Of a stretch of 64,000 nucleotides of DNA, positions 14,714-26,544 are shown piece after piece. Both the position numbers and the translations under genes were made by a program. Under the pieces are notes generated by a model, which saw nothing but the letters and a program-made list of their open reading frames with translations, had not been told where the DNA came from and made no database searches. The number at the start of each line of letters is the position of its first letter. Position 1 is the stretch's first letter. The stretch comes from Chrysomallon squamiferum (lineage: Eukaryota > Animalia > Mollusca): contig CM022673.1 of assembly GCA_012295275.1 (NCBI GenBank), forward strand, positions 4,092,001-4,156,000. Direction: 5' to 3'.

Positions 14714-17700
14714 TAAACTGATAAATTTTGGTTACCTATTTAAAGACACAATTACACTGATAATACTAAAATTTGTTGTGGTATCATTTTAACCTAAATT
14801 TACCTTGTGTATTAAAGGATAATAAAACGTGTCTGGGTCCAGGAACCTGAGCTTGATGTCCAGTTCACCAACAGTCTTTACAGTAGAACATCTTTCACAG
14901 TTGATATCAGGATCAATCCACAGTGGATTCTTAATAATGCACTCAGCAAAGTAGTATTCTGAAATTATTTAATAACAATTTACTTAAACAATGAAATTAT
15001 TATGGGTTTTTCTTTTTTTTAAACTGATTATTCAGTCTATATAGAAATCAATCAATAAAAAAAAAAAAAAAAAAAAATATACATATGGGTCATTCCGTGT
15101 CAAATCACCCAAAAAAAAAAGAAATTTAAACCCGACCGTCTTTATGAAACTTGGTATACTTGTTGACTGGGATCCCACAGTACCAAATCTGAAATGTTAG
15201 CTCAATCAGACCAGTGGTGTGGGAGATACAGCCCACCGAATTTTGAGATTTTTGCCAAAAATGGGTGTGACCACCAACCTTAGAACCCTCATATCTCAGG
15301 AACTACTGGGCCAATCTTCATAAAATTGGTATTGTTAGAAAGGCAAAATGACAAGGATACCAAATCTGCCATTTTTGTTTAGTTTGGAAAATACTGGAGT
15401 ACCTTGACCTTTTGACCTTTGCTATGACCTTGAAATTGACCGTGTGGATTGTGTGATCTTGACATAACATTTATTGAAATGTAATCTCCCACATGTTAAC
15501 TAAAACATATAAAAGTTTCCTGGGTGTAATATTTTTTGTTTAGCCACAATATAGATTTAAAAAATGCACATACATGAAAATAACACCTTTTCAGCCATTA
15601 ACATCTGATTAACTAAAACCTGAATGATCAAATCTGGATGCTAGGAATCACCATCTCTCTTGATCATTGAGTAAGACATTGTAGGCCTACATGTATGCAT
15701 AAAGTTCACATATAAAAGTTTCCTGGGTATAATATTTTTTGTTTAGCCATAATAGAGATTTAAAAAAATGCATACCTGCATGGATGATTGATACAATGCA
15801 TTACAATGTACATTTTCTCTGAGACTAAAAACTTATCTTTGGAGTTAAAACCCACCTGACATGTCTGAAGGAATGCCTGAAGGATATGAAAAGATGCCAA
15901 ATGGCATGACATGTTCTACACAGTCAGGCTCAAAGGGTTAACAGGAAGTGATGCTTCAGACAGGTCAGGAACTCCTTTAGATTCCCTGGTGCAATCCCCA
16001 TTGAGCACATGGCAATTAGAAGTTTAAGACAAAAAAGTTTCTTCATCTGCATTTCTTTGACAATCTGAAGCTTGCATGTATGCATAAAGTTCACATAAAT
16101 TTGAGAGAACTAGGTGTTTCTGATGCTTAACCTTCTCACTATGTTTGTTTCAAATGCTCACTGTATCCTTCATTCCCAGACACATTTTACTGTTCTCATC
16201 ACTTTCATAAAATTGGATTATTTCCTCCTTCAATTCATTGTCCTTTCAATGGTAAAGGGTGACAAAATCAAGATTTGCACACGCTCTGGGTAGGATTCAG
16301 AATTAACATGTCATTTTAATGTTACTGTAGCTGATGCTAGTTTTTTTCTGTCCTTTCATTCATTTACTGGAATGTGCTAGAGAATGGAGTTTGACAGGAG
16401 TTTCGCCTAAACTCGACAGAATAGAATTCAAATCAAAGTCCTTTTCTGGGGAAACAACAACCAGCGGTTTGTCTGGCAAGTTATCACCAAATTCTCCCAT
16501 TGTAATACCACCATCCTAAAGCCATCCTCTGCAGGACCTTTGATTTCTGAAGGGTAATCAGACAGTCACAGCACAACTTGTCTCCTGGCACTAGTGTCTT
16601 TGGAGGATTTACTAAGCATTTGTAAGTGCCCATGCTAACAATTCTTAAAGATCTAGTCGTGCTTGCTCAGGGTGGTGATTAAGGGGATCACAACAGTTTT
16701 TCTGCAATGTTGAAAATTTGATGAAAAGTTCTTGTTCGTGATACTCTTGATGTCCCGTGTTTTGATCCCACTTCAAAGAGTGAGGAGTTCGACTTCCTCA
16801 GTTTTCCATACACTTCGCAACAACTCCTTTTTGATATGATGGTGTTGATAACACACATTTTCAGGAGAGTTAAAGCTGCAGTTAGCCCTGGACGAAATAA
16901 GGATTTTCAGTATTGGCCTGCACCTTCAATTCAATAGAACAAAGTCAGTGCTTTCCTAAATATTAAATTAAATCCTGAAACCCTTTCAGTAAAGTTAAGC
17001 AGGTCATAAAATGGCAGCAGAGTACATCTGTTATTGCCAAAGGCCCACAAGTCTTGGGCATTTATCTTCTCAAGTATAAATCACAGTTTATTAAGGTGAA
17101 GTAGACCTTGTTCATACTCTGTGCCGAAGACTGGGTGTACAAATACATTATGCAGTACATCACTTGATGACGTTTGATTTCAGACTGGGTTGTACTGTTG
17201 TTGACTGAAACCTTGTTCAAAGCCAATGGCAAGGCCCACATGACATGATAAAATTACTTATTAGGTTTTATGAAATAAAAATATTGTTTATATATCAACA
17301 TCTGACATTGTGTCCAACTTAAAAAGCTTCAGATTGTCAAAGAAATGCAGATGAAGAAACTTTTTTGTCTTAAACTTCTAATTGCCATGTGCTCAATGGG
17401 GATTGCACCAGGGAATCTAAAGGAGTTCCTGACCTGTCTGAAGCATCACTTCCTGTTAACCCTTTGAGCCTGACTGTGTAGAACATGTCATGCCATTTGG
17501 CATCTTTTCATATCCTTCAGGCATTCCTTCAGACATGTCAGGTGGGTTTTAACTCCAAAGATAAGTTTTTAGTCTCAGAGAAAATGTACATTGTAATGCA
17601 TTGTATCAATCATCCATGCAGGTATGCATTTTTTTAAATCTCTATTATGGCTAAACAAAAAATATTATACCCAGGAAACTTTTATATGTGAACTTTATGC

Positions 17701-18816
17701 ATACATGTAGGCCTACAATGTCTTACTCAATGATCAAGAGAGATGGTGATTCCTAGCATCCAGATTTGATCATTCAGGTTTTAGTTAATCAGATGTTAAT
17801 GGCTGAAAAGGTGTTATTTTCATGTATGTGCATTTTTTAAATCTATATTGTGGCTAAACAAAAAATATTACACCCAGGAAACTTTTATATGTTTTAGTTA
17901 ACATGTGGGAGATTAAATTTCAATAAAGGTCATCTCAAGATCACGTGATCCACACGGTCAATTTCAAGGTCATAGCAAAGGTCAAAAGGTCAAGGTACTC
18001 CAATATTTGGTATCCTTGTCATTTTGCCTTTCTAACAATACCAATTTTATGAAGATTGGCCCAGTAGTTCCTGAGATATGAGGGTTCTAAGGTTGGTGGT
18101 CACACCCATTTTTGGCAAAAATCTCAAAATTCGGTGGGCCGTATCTCCCACACCACTGGTCTGATTGAGCTAACATTTCAGATTTGGTGCTGTGGGATCC
18201 CAGTCAACAAGTATACCAAGTTTCATAAAAATCTGAGACGGTCGGGTTTAAACCATTGGGTGAGTTGACACGGAATGACCCATATATATTTATTGTATAT
18301 TGATTTGAATTTATTTATTAATTATTACTTTGCATACATCATTTTAACTGAAATGTAGTTAACATATTACTTGATAAAATAATGTTAAATTATCCAATGG
18401 CAACAAAGAACAATACGGCACATACCACTTACTTCCGGATTCAGCTTGTGTAAAGGAAGGCCGACAAGTCGTACCACTGACATAAGTTTGTGAATATGAG
18501 GCTGCACCAGCTTACGAAAATTATTATCATTGTTGGAAATGTAATAGCCAGCAAAACAAAATACAAATGCGAATGCAGTTAAAATAACAGCGTATTTTAC
18601 GAGACACCGCAAACAATTCCAAGACTTCCGCATTTTAAACCTAACCGCGATTTTGTCAGGAGATAGTTTTTCCGAGATGTCGATCTTCCTTTTTAAAGCG
18701 TTGTTAACACAGCGATTAATTTCTTCATCATTCATTCCCCAATCTTTTCCTTGTTTGCGAACCTCAGATGCATTCTGTTGTATATATAACAAGCATTCTT
18801 GAATTTCTCTATCCAT
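12284..18816 (-). CDS. C6orf89/BRAP-like protein, paralog B, 6 exons, ~365 aa
   Basis: Exons 18816-18426, 14958-14804, 13644-13460, 13197-13056, 12842-12713, 12378-12284 (1098 nt). Intron positions and phases match paralog A. Motifs: RLVGLPLHK (cf. human RLMSLPIAK), ECIIKNPLW..CERC, IMRILFPTP, DGPNASEYQL, QGLGSRMLKFTPVKICEDRCPSFEVNVTERDI. Confidence 0.88.
15087..18281 (-). mobile_element. Non-autonomous Sola2-like DNA transposon with ~960-990-bp TIRs in intron 1 of paralog B
   Basis: Termini GGGTCATTCCGTGTCAA...TTGACACGGAATGACCC flanked by an ATAT/ATAT 4-bp TSD. Arms 15087-16073 and 17324-18281 are near-perfect inverted copies. GRG termini with a 4-bp TSD fit Sola2. Confidence 0.85.
16075..16870 (-). 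pseudogene. Decayed Sola2-type transposase N-terminal half
   Basis: Minus-strand fragments broken by stops and frameshifts: ELLTL*SGI, KFSTLQKNCCDPLNHH, LVPGDKLCCDC, LNSILSSLGETPVKLHSL, ERVQILILSPF, EIIQFYESDENSKMCLGMKDTVSI...QKHLVLSNLCELY. These match Sola2 motifs I recall (FYxxDxxSRxxPGxKD; QKRLxLxNLxELY). The catalytic DDD region is absent. Confidence 0.75.
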
Positions 18817-18984
18817 TTTCTATTTGACATAAATCCAAGACCTTTGAGGTACTTATATTCAGAAGTCTGCTTAGCTTATTTCCTCCTTGGTAACTAGTGG
18901 CTCTCAAATATAGTATAACGTAGTCTAGTGATTGCTTTTAAAGTAAATAATACATGTAAAAAATATTTGAGAAAATAAGAGAAT

Positions 18985-19125
18985 AAATCAAAAATATTTT
19001 TAATTCAGTTTTCAATAGAACAATGATTCATGTTTTAAAAAAATTATGAAAAGAGACAATAATGACAAAACTAATCAGATTTCCTATTTTTGAAAAGTAT
19101 TTAAAGTAGCTCAAACTTGAAACTG
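18985..19125 (-). repeat. Repeat fragment, inverted homolog of 42228-42340
   Basis: TTCAGTTTTCAATAGAA...TAATCAGATTTCCTATTTTTGAAA...AAAGTAGCTCAAACT matches the reverse complement of 42228-42340, with indels. Confidence 0.7.
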
Positions 19126-19211
19126 GGTTTTTATTTTTGTATTATTAATATTATTTTTATTTATTTATTTATATATTTACTTATTATTTATTAGTATCAC
19201 TGTCCACAGTA

Positions 19212-19302
<91 letters not shown>

Positions 19303-19429
19303 CTAGTAATACTATTACTGAAATAACAACAATAACAGCAACAACAAATAACGGTGGATTGAAAGACTGAAAGAATTAACATCTTACAAGTGGTGATAAT
19401 ATTTTTATTTCTTTTTTGTAATTCAAATC

Positions 19430-19490
<61 letters not shown>

Positions 19491-19895
19491 TATTTATTAT
19501 TTGCTTCATCTAATTCTTCAGACAACGGACTTCTAAAGCAAGTGCCTGAAAAGAAAGTGTTAAACGTTTTAATCGAATAATTTCTAAGTGCTGTCTGAAG
19601 AAAAAAAAAAAAAAAAAACCACTCATGTTTACATACGAGCATATGAACACTTTAATCAGCATACAGGCCAGCGGAATTGCAAGCTACTTGTATTAATTCT
19701 CTTACAGTTATTTCAACCTTTATGTGGGTGCATGAGTGCTTGTATATGTGTGTGCATATCAGTGAGTATATGTATGAGCATATGTCCTTGTATGTGCGTA
19801 AATGTGTTCGTTTGTGTATGCGCGAGAGCTTCTGCAAGCGTGCGTTAATAAAAATATAAACAGCAAGTGGATATGTTTGAGAAGTGTAAAGGAAA

Positions 19896-19972
<77 letters not shown>

Positions 19973-19984
19973 GGAAAGAGGAAC

Positions 19985-20230
19985 ATCAGCTTCAGTGTCA
20001 CTGTCCAGCTTTATAAGTGCCAGTCCCACCAGACGATATCTCTCGCATTCAGCTGTTGTTACTGGAAGTGTGGACAGCACTCGCAGAACAATGTGGAGAC
20101 TGGAGGAAAAGCTGTGGCTGAAACACTGCAAGGAGGCAGTAATTGTTGGCACAGTTACTTGCTCTATCTTTTCTGTTATCCACTTAACATGACATTCTGT
20201 TTGAAGTTCATTCAAATATTCTACAAGAAT
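19985..20230 (-). mobile_element. hAT transposase remnant (C-terminal dimerisation domain)
   Basis: Translation ...PTITASLQC...SLHIVLRVLSTLPVTTAECER|YRLVGLALIKLDSD matches the hATC motif (ILATLPVTTAxxERSFS...RLxGLAL) with an internal deletion. Confidence 0.75.
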
Positions 20231-20650
20231 GAGCCCGTTATTTTTTAAAAGACTTAAATTCAGCAGTCAGGTAGTCCAAGACTGGCACCTGCAGAATGGC
20301 ACTGCGATGCTCTGTCTATAGCATTCTTCAGACGTATTTGCTGATTGGTTCTGTTTTGCGGTGTAGCGTAATGAATCTTGCGTTCAAGATATCAGGGGAA
20401 GCTATTCCGCCAAAGAATATTTTAACCCGAACGTATTAGAACGAACAGCCCCTCTGTCTTTTTGTGCATTCATAGCGATTTCATTAGGAAATAAAACAAT
20501 CATTTTCCCGGTAACATTAGGGGTTAGGGTAAACAGGAGTCCTAGAAAATGAATTAGGGGACGAGAGGATACATACTGTTTTATTTTTATTTTTATTTTT
20601 TGTTTGTTCTATAGCGGGGAAATGCGACCCCCCCCATAATTCGCGGTTAC

Positions 20651-20995
20651 CTGTTAAGCAGCTGAACTTGTGCAAGAATGAAGTCATCAGACGTAATCTG
20701 TGCATGATGCAGTATTGCAAATGTTCTTTCATCCAGGTCGATATTCCATTCTCTGTTAAAACTACACCACCAACAGCCAGTATTCCCAGGAGAAGAAGAA
20801 CAAGTCCTATATTCTGTGAGAATGTCTCGTGTTTTTGTGTCACTTTCTTTTGACAGAGGGGTCTGAAGAGAAAGAACTATAACAAGAACTAAATTTACAA
20901 TATCAATAACATTAACGAATTCAAGAGTGTGAAATGCGCAGTGCACTAATTCCTATTTTAAGGCCATCCAATTACTACTACTACTACTACTACTA

Positions 20996-21030
<35 letters not shown>

Positions 21031-21386
21031 GTTATTATTATTATTATTATTATTATGATTATTATTATTATTATTATTATTATAATACGATGTAAAAACA
21101 GCAACAACAGTATTCAGAGCTTATATCAAAATATGTAAACCATATCTTAAAAATTATAAATTAACTGAATTAAAATGAAGGATAACAGAAGATAAAAACA
21201 AATCAAGTGTAAGAGAAATGTCAGAACAGTCCTATAAAACAAATATTACTATTACTCTGATAGTGACAGCTCGGCGCAGTTATCAATAGTGGAATCATCT
21301 AAACTCCATCTTTTTCCAAGCAGACGAAGTTCGGTAACATTTTCCTCCAACATCAAAAGACGCTCTTGCTTTGCTTTTGATGTCAT
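20651..21386 (-). CDS. Third C6orf89-like N-terminal/TM module (paralog C 'exon 1', split into two exons)
   Basis: Exon 21386-21256 (MTSKAKQERLLMLEENVTELRLLGKRWSLDDSTIDNCAELSLS) aligns with A (ELRKLGQKWGLSDDDIDGC) and B (EVRKQGKDWGMNDEEINRC). A phase-2 intron GTAATA...TTCTTTCTCTTCAG joins it to exon 20862-20651 (TM GLVLLLLGILAVGGVVL, then HRLRLMTSFLHKFSCLT), which ends in a phase-1 donor ACAG|GTAACC like A and B. The spliced frame is open. Confidence 0.75.
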
Positions 21387-22391
21387 GCTTTTTGTTGTAA
21401 TTAATACAAGAAGCGAACCATTACTAATATTTTTCCTGGATATAATGATTAATTTATATAAAAGAGAAAATAATGTAAAGTTATAAAAGCTATATTTAGC
21501 AGTCGACTGTTATCGATCGACCTTCATGATACCAGGTTGTAGAAAAGATGAGAAGCATCTGCCGCCACAATCATCTGTCAACCGGATCCTAAGAGAAACA
21601 CAGCTTGAATAAACGATATGTATGTATGACACTGTTACGATCACTTCAAAGTTATTTCTGTTTAATAATGAATAACATTAAATTTAGTTATCAGAGAGAG
21701 ATAGAAAAAAAAATTATAAAAAAAAAACAAAATTAAAAATTATTAATAATATTAATAAAATGTAATGAAAAACATTTTAGTATATAATCCGAAACCGTCC
21801 CCTCCATCTGTTGTTCAAACGAAATATGAACCCAGGCACTTAGAAAAGTCATTTATTTACGCATAAAATTAAAATATTACACACACACACACACAAAGAT
21901 ACACCCTTTTAGCTTTTATTTTAGTTTGTACCAGGTTTTAATAACACTACAAAATAAAAAAAAAAAAAAAAAACGATCGGACAGTTAACGAAGGATCGCA
22001 AAGTCGTTGATATAATTATGTTTTTCTGTTTATGGGAAGGGTGGATGTGTGATGTGTATGATTGTATTTTGTTAATAATTTATCCCCATCATTATCATCA
22101 TCATCATCATCATCATCATCATCTCTCTCTCTCTCTCACGAAATAAAGAAAGACAAAACTTTATTTGAAATAGAGGTACATGGCAACGGTTATAGAGCTA
22201 AACAAACAGGGGAGATAATTCCAATGTCTTCCTTAACTAAAAGAAATTTTGACATTTATTTCCCTTGTTAACAACGGGGGAACTTTTTTTTTTCCTGTTT
22301 GTGTTCACACGAATGTAACTTATTCATTTATTGAATTATTTTAATTTTCATAATTATGAACTAATGATATAAAAAACGAGGACAACAAGAA

Positions 22392-22423
<32 letters not shown>

Positions 22424-22758
22424 ACATGGCTTATAAAGAATATTTAGCTGACACGACTGCATAGCATTAAAACGTATGACGTGGTTTATAATGCTTTACA
22501 GTCAATTATTTAGACATTGAGGAATAACTGACTTAATTACTATTATTATTTTCTTTTTTAACTTGATTGTTTCTTTTTCTTCTCTCTTTCTCTGTCTGTA
22601 TAAGAGCATAAGTGTATACTTCTCGTGTTTATTGCAATGTCACATACTGAGATGATAAATTATAATTAAACAATTGCTTGCCATAAATTACTTTTCATTA
22701 TCTTCAAAAACACATAGCATTTTAAACGAAGTTTTTTTTTACACTATCATTAACTCTC

Positions 22759-22815
<57 letters not shown>

Positions 22816-22934
22816 GCATTCAACCCAGATACAAAATGTGGTGTAAGGTTTATATTATTTTTTTTCAAACTTTAATCCACTTTTCATAGTAGTTAGGCGG
22901 ACGCATTTTATATATATATATTTATTTTCTTTCT

Positions 22935-22968
<34 letters not shown>

Positions 22969-22979
22969 TATTAAAACTA

Positions 22980-23900
22980 CCATTTCATTTACCGTTGATC
23001 GCACTTAACAGGTGCCCGATGGCGCCCCCTACCAAGGAACTATTGTAAAACGCAGTGCTTATTATCCGATAAACTAATTATAAATCTGATCATTCTAAAA
23101 TTTCGAAAATGGAACTTTTATACAAATGTTGATAAATAATAAAGATTACAACACAAATTACATACCCATACTGATTACATGTTTCACAGTAAGATTTATA
23201 TTATTTTCAATATGTATCCTTTACTTTATCCTGTTTTAGCCTAATAAACAAACATGGCGGACAGTACTAAAAAGAACATCGACTGAAGCGAAAACATGAC
23301 AGTTACGGCATACATGGCTCTTATTTCCAGGTAAAGTAAGCATTGTTGTATACATAACTAATTATAGCAGAAAGACAGATCTAAGATACGTGCTCAGTGA
23401 AAAAGAGGTTCGCGTGTTCGGTACCCGCGATCGTGCTTCAATAAGTTATTTGATACGGGATCGTGAATCACTCGCGCTACATAACCTCGGAGGCATACAA
23501 TAACGGCGAAATGCGTGACTGATATACAACAATGTTAAACGTGTGTGTGTGTGATTGCGATGCAGTTTGAACGTTTATTATTTATTCATAGCTTTGAATC
23601 GTAGGATTCACGCTGGTATGATTACATGGGGAAAAAAAATATAAACACGATGGATCTACGGAAACGATGAACGATTTTTTCGCTTGACTGCGCCCTGACC
23701 CAGCGGTTGAGCGAACGGCGCTCATTATCGTCAGACAGACGAATCAGATTACCGCAGCACGAAGCTTTTGTCAAACAGCGAACGGTGGATGAGTTATTTT
23801 TAGCGCCTATGCACGAGATACTGCTGCTGTACTGACCTTGATGTTATACGACGGAAGTAAATGACGAAATTAATTTGGAATGCTGTTATGAAATAAATTG
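22980..23900 (+). promoter_or_regulatory. CpG-rich promoter and probable non-coding first exon (ending 23330) of the CXXC gene
   Basis: Marked local CpG density, YY1-like AACATGGCGG at 23251-23260, donor CCAG|GTAAAG at 23330/23331. Downstream DNA to ~38 kb is CpG-depleted like a methylated gene body, and an acceptor TTTCAG ends at 31675. Confidence 0.6.
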
Positions 23901-25402
23901 TTAAGAATCATCCTGTAACATATACGGGAAGAAAAACGGAATTGTAAGATTTGGGGAACATCTCTAAACGTACACCTCTTTTCTCAGTTTCTGTCATTGC
24001 AGCAATATTGGTTTTGATGACATTCTTCTCGGTTGATGTCATTTAAAAAATGTGTGTAAAAATGCTTTTGATATGTCACTTATGTGTATGTGTGTATTCT
24101 TTTACCTGAATTAAATTTGAAATTACATTTGTGTGCTTAATGTACAAATGACCACATTCTCATACTATGTAATTTTAATCAAAACAGTTAATATATTTAC
24201 ATACATTACTGAGAAAGAAGTATACGTTTTGCAGTTAAGTTATGGATGAAAGTAAAAAAAGAATGTGTGTACTGTTTAAAGAAACAAATCACAGAGAAAG
24301 CACAGTGTTTTATTTGGATAGAAAACGTTAAATGTGATTTTAAGTTTTAGCATTTGACAGTAAGTTGCTGGATGGAATAATTATTTATAAAATGTGTCAA
24401 AAATGTATAATACAATAAATAATTTTTTTTTTTTACTGATTCTAATTAATTAATTATTAACTGTAAAATGAAATGTTTAATAGCATAATATTTGTGAAAT
24501 TGGTAATTTTTATGTAGATGAGCATACGTAGAACATTAGAAATGGTTGCAGGGTTGTATGTAAAATCTATACTCATTTACCATGCAAAATTATTTTATTT
24601 AAACTCAACATTAATGTATTTATTTTATTATTACTTCTCTTAAGCCGTAATATTTAATTTATTCATTTGGTTATCAGTCAAAAATCATGAAAAAGCAAGA
24701 GCTTATTTACAGTCATAATTATTATAAAATTGATTTTTCAAATCAACTGTGAAAACACTTACTTAGGTTTAATATATCATGTCTTCCTGTGCAACAGGTG
24801 TGGGTAAGCATTTGTAGTGGTTAACATTAAAAAAAATAAAAAAATTATAATAATAAAAAAATAAATGAATAACTGAATGAATGAATGAAACAAGTGTAGA
24901 TATAAGTTTAGAATTACATTTCTTTTTTCATTTCACACTTCATGTTTGTTGAATTTGAAGCATTATTGCAAGAGAACTGTCTTTTATTTTTTTAAATTAT
25001 TATTATTATTATTATTATCATTATTATTATATTCTTAATGTCACTGTTATTATTATTATTATTATTATTATTATATCATTGTTATTTTTCTTACTATTTT
25101 TTATAATGTTATCCAGCTTACAGACAGAATTTTATTATATACATCTAATATTTTTAATTTTTTTTAGTACTGTAGCATTGTTGGACAGTAATGAAATGAA
25201 ATATGATTTATATTTATATTTTCTCTTTCTTTTCTTTTTTCTTTTTTGGTGTCATAAGCTACATAGGCCATAAGTTTTCCTGTATAGAAATAATAACATA
25301 ATTATTCAAATATTGTTTCACAGGATTATAACAAAAGTGAAAAATGCTATGGATGTTTTAGAAAATCACACTACATATAAAAAAAAATGTCTATTTGTGC
25401 TG

Positions 25403-25462
<60 letters not shown>

Positions 25463-25754
25463 TATACACAGAACAGAGATAGAAAAACAAAAGGAAAAAA
25501 CTCCTAAAATAGATTTGTTAAATACTGCCCTTACTGTAAAGATCAATATATTGGAGATCTCACAGAATATGACAATGAAATACAGGTTGAGAGACCAATT
25601 AGAATCTGGAAATAGGAAGGAAGAAGAAATCAATAAAAATATGAAATATTTAAAATACAAATTTTAAAAATAAAAACACAAGATGAAAAAATTGAATTTA
25701 GAAACAATGCCTGACAATCTGTTTAAAAAAAAGGTTAAATAAAAACAATATAAT

Positions 25755-25957
25755 ATAGTAATAGTAATAGTAATAGTATAGTAATAGTATAGTATAGTAT
25801 AGTATAGTATAGTATAGTATAGTATAGTATAGTATAGTATATAGTAAAGTAAAGTAAAGTATAGTATAATATAGTATAGTATAGAATAGAATAGAATAGA
25901 ATAGAATAGAATAGAATAGAATAGCATAGCATAGCATAGCATAGCATAGCATAGCAT
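25755..25957. repeat. Compound pentanucleotide microsatellite (TAGTA)n-(TAAAG)n-(TAGAA)n-(TAGCA)n
   Basis: Directly visible successive blocks of pentamer variants. Confidence 0.95.
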
Positions 25958-26544
25958 AAACTATAATATAATATAATTAAAAAAACAATGAAAAGAAGAA
26001 AATTAATGAAGTAATGGAAATTAATGCTTTTAAAGTTAAAACTGTTTTACCATGGTGAAATAAGCAGAAAAAGACATTGAAACTCATGACTATTGTAGGA
26101 TTATAAAAATAAACAAATATAAAGAATTGATTGAAAATTAAAAAAAATATTCAGAAAAGACAGTGAAATAAGAAAATCTTTAAACACCAAAGATGGTTTT
26201 CATTGGATTTTGATATTAGTAATAATCGTTTTTTTTTCTGTTTTATACACTGTTTGTTTGTTTTTTTTTTTTTTTATTTTTTTATTTTTTTTTAAACCCA
26301 ACTATTTCTTACCTATATATTTTTATTTTTAATATTTAATACTCATACTTTAAAATAACTGGCAAATTATCAGAAATACTGAAAAAACCATGTATATGAT
26401 TTAAATATTGAAGTTCATAATGATTACAACTTCTGAACAAATAGTAAACTGAAAATTATTGATTGTTTGTATTGTTTGTACTAAATTTAACTGATTTATG
26501 TTTACTGTCTTATTCATCTAAGTAAGGATTTTGTATTGTTATCA

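Noticed and set aside
20516-20532. TTAGGG-like telomeric motifs
   Set aside because: Only two imperfect copies; common inside dispersed repeats.
20647-20946. 99-aa minus-strand ORF, first taken as more of the neighbouring hAT transposase
   Set aside because: The other frame (20517-20843) aligns with C6orf89-like exon 1 and has proper splice sites; this frame is incidental.
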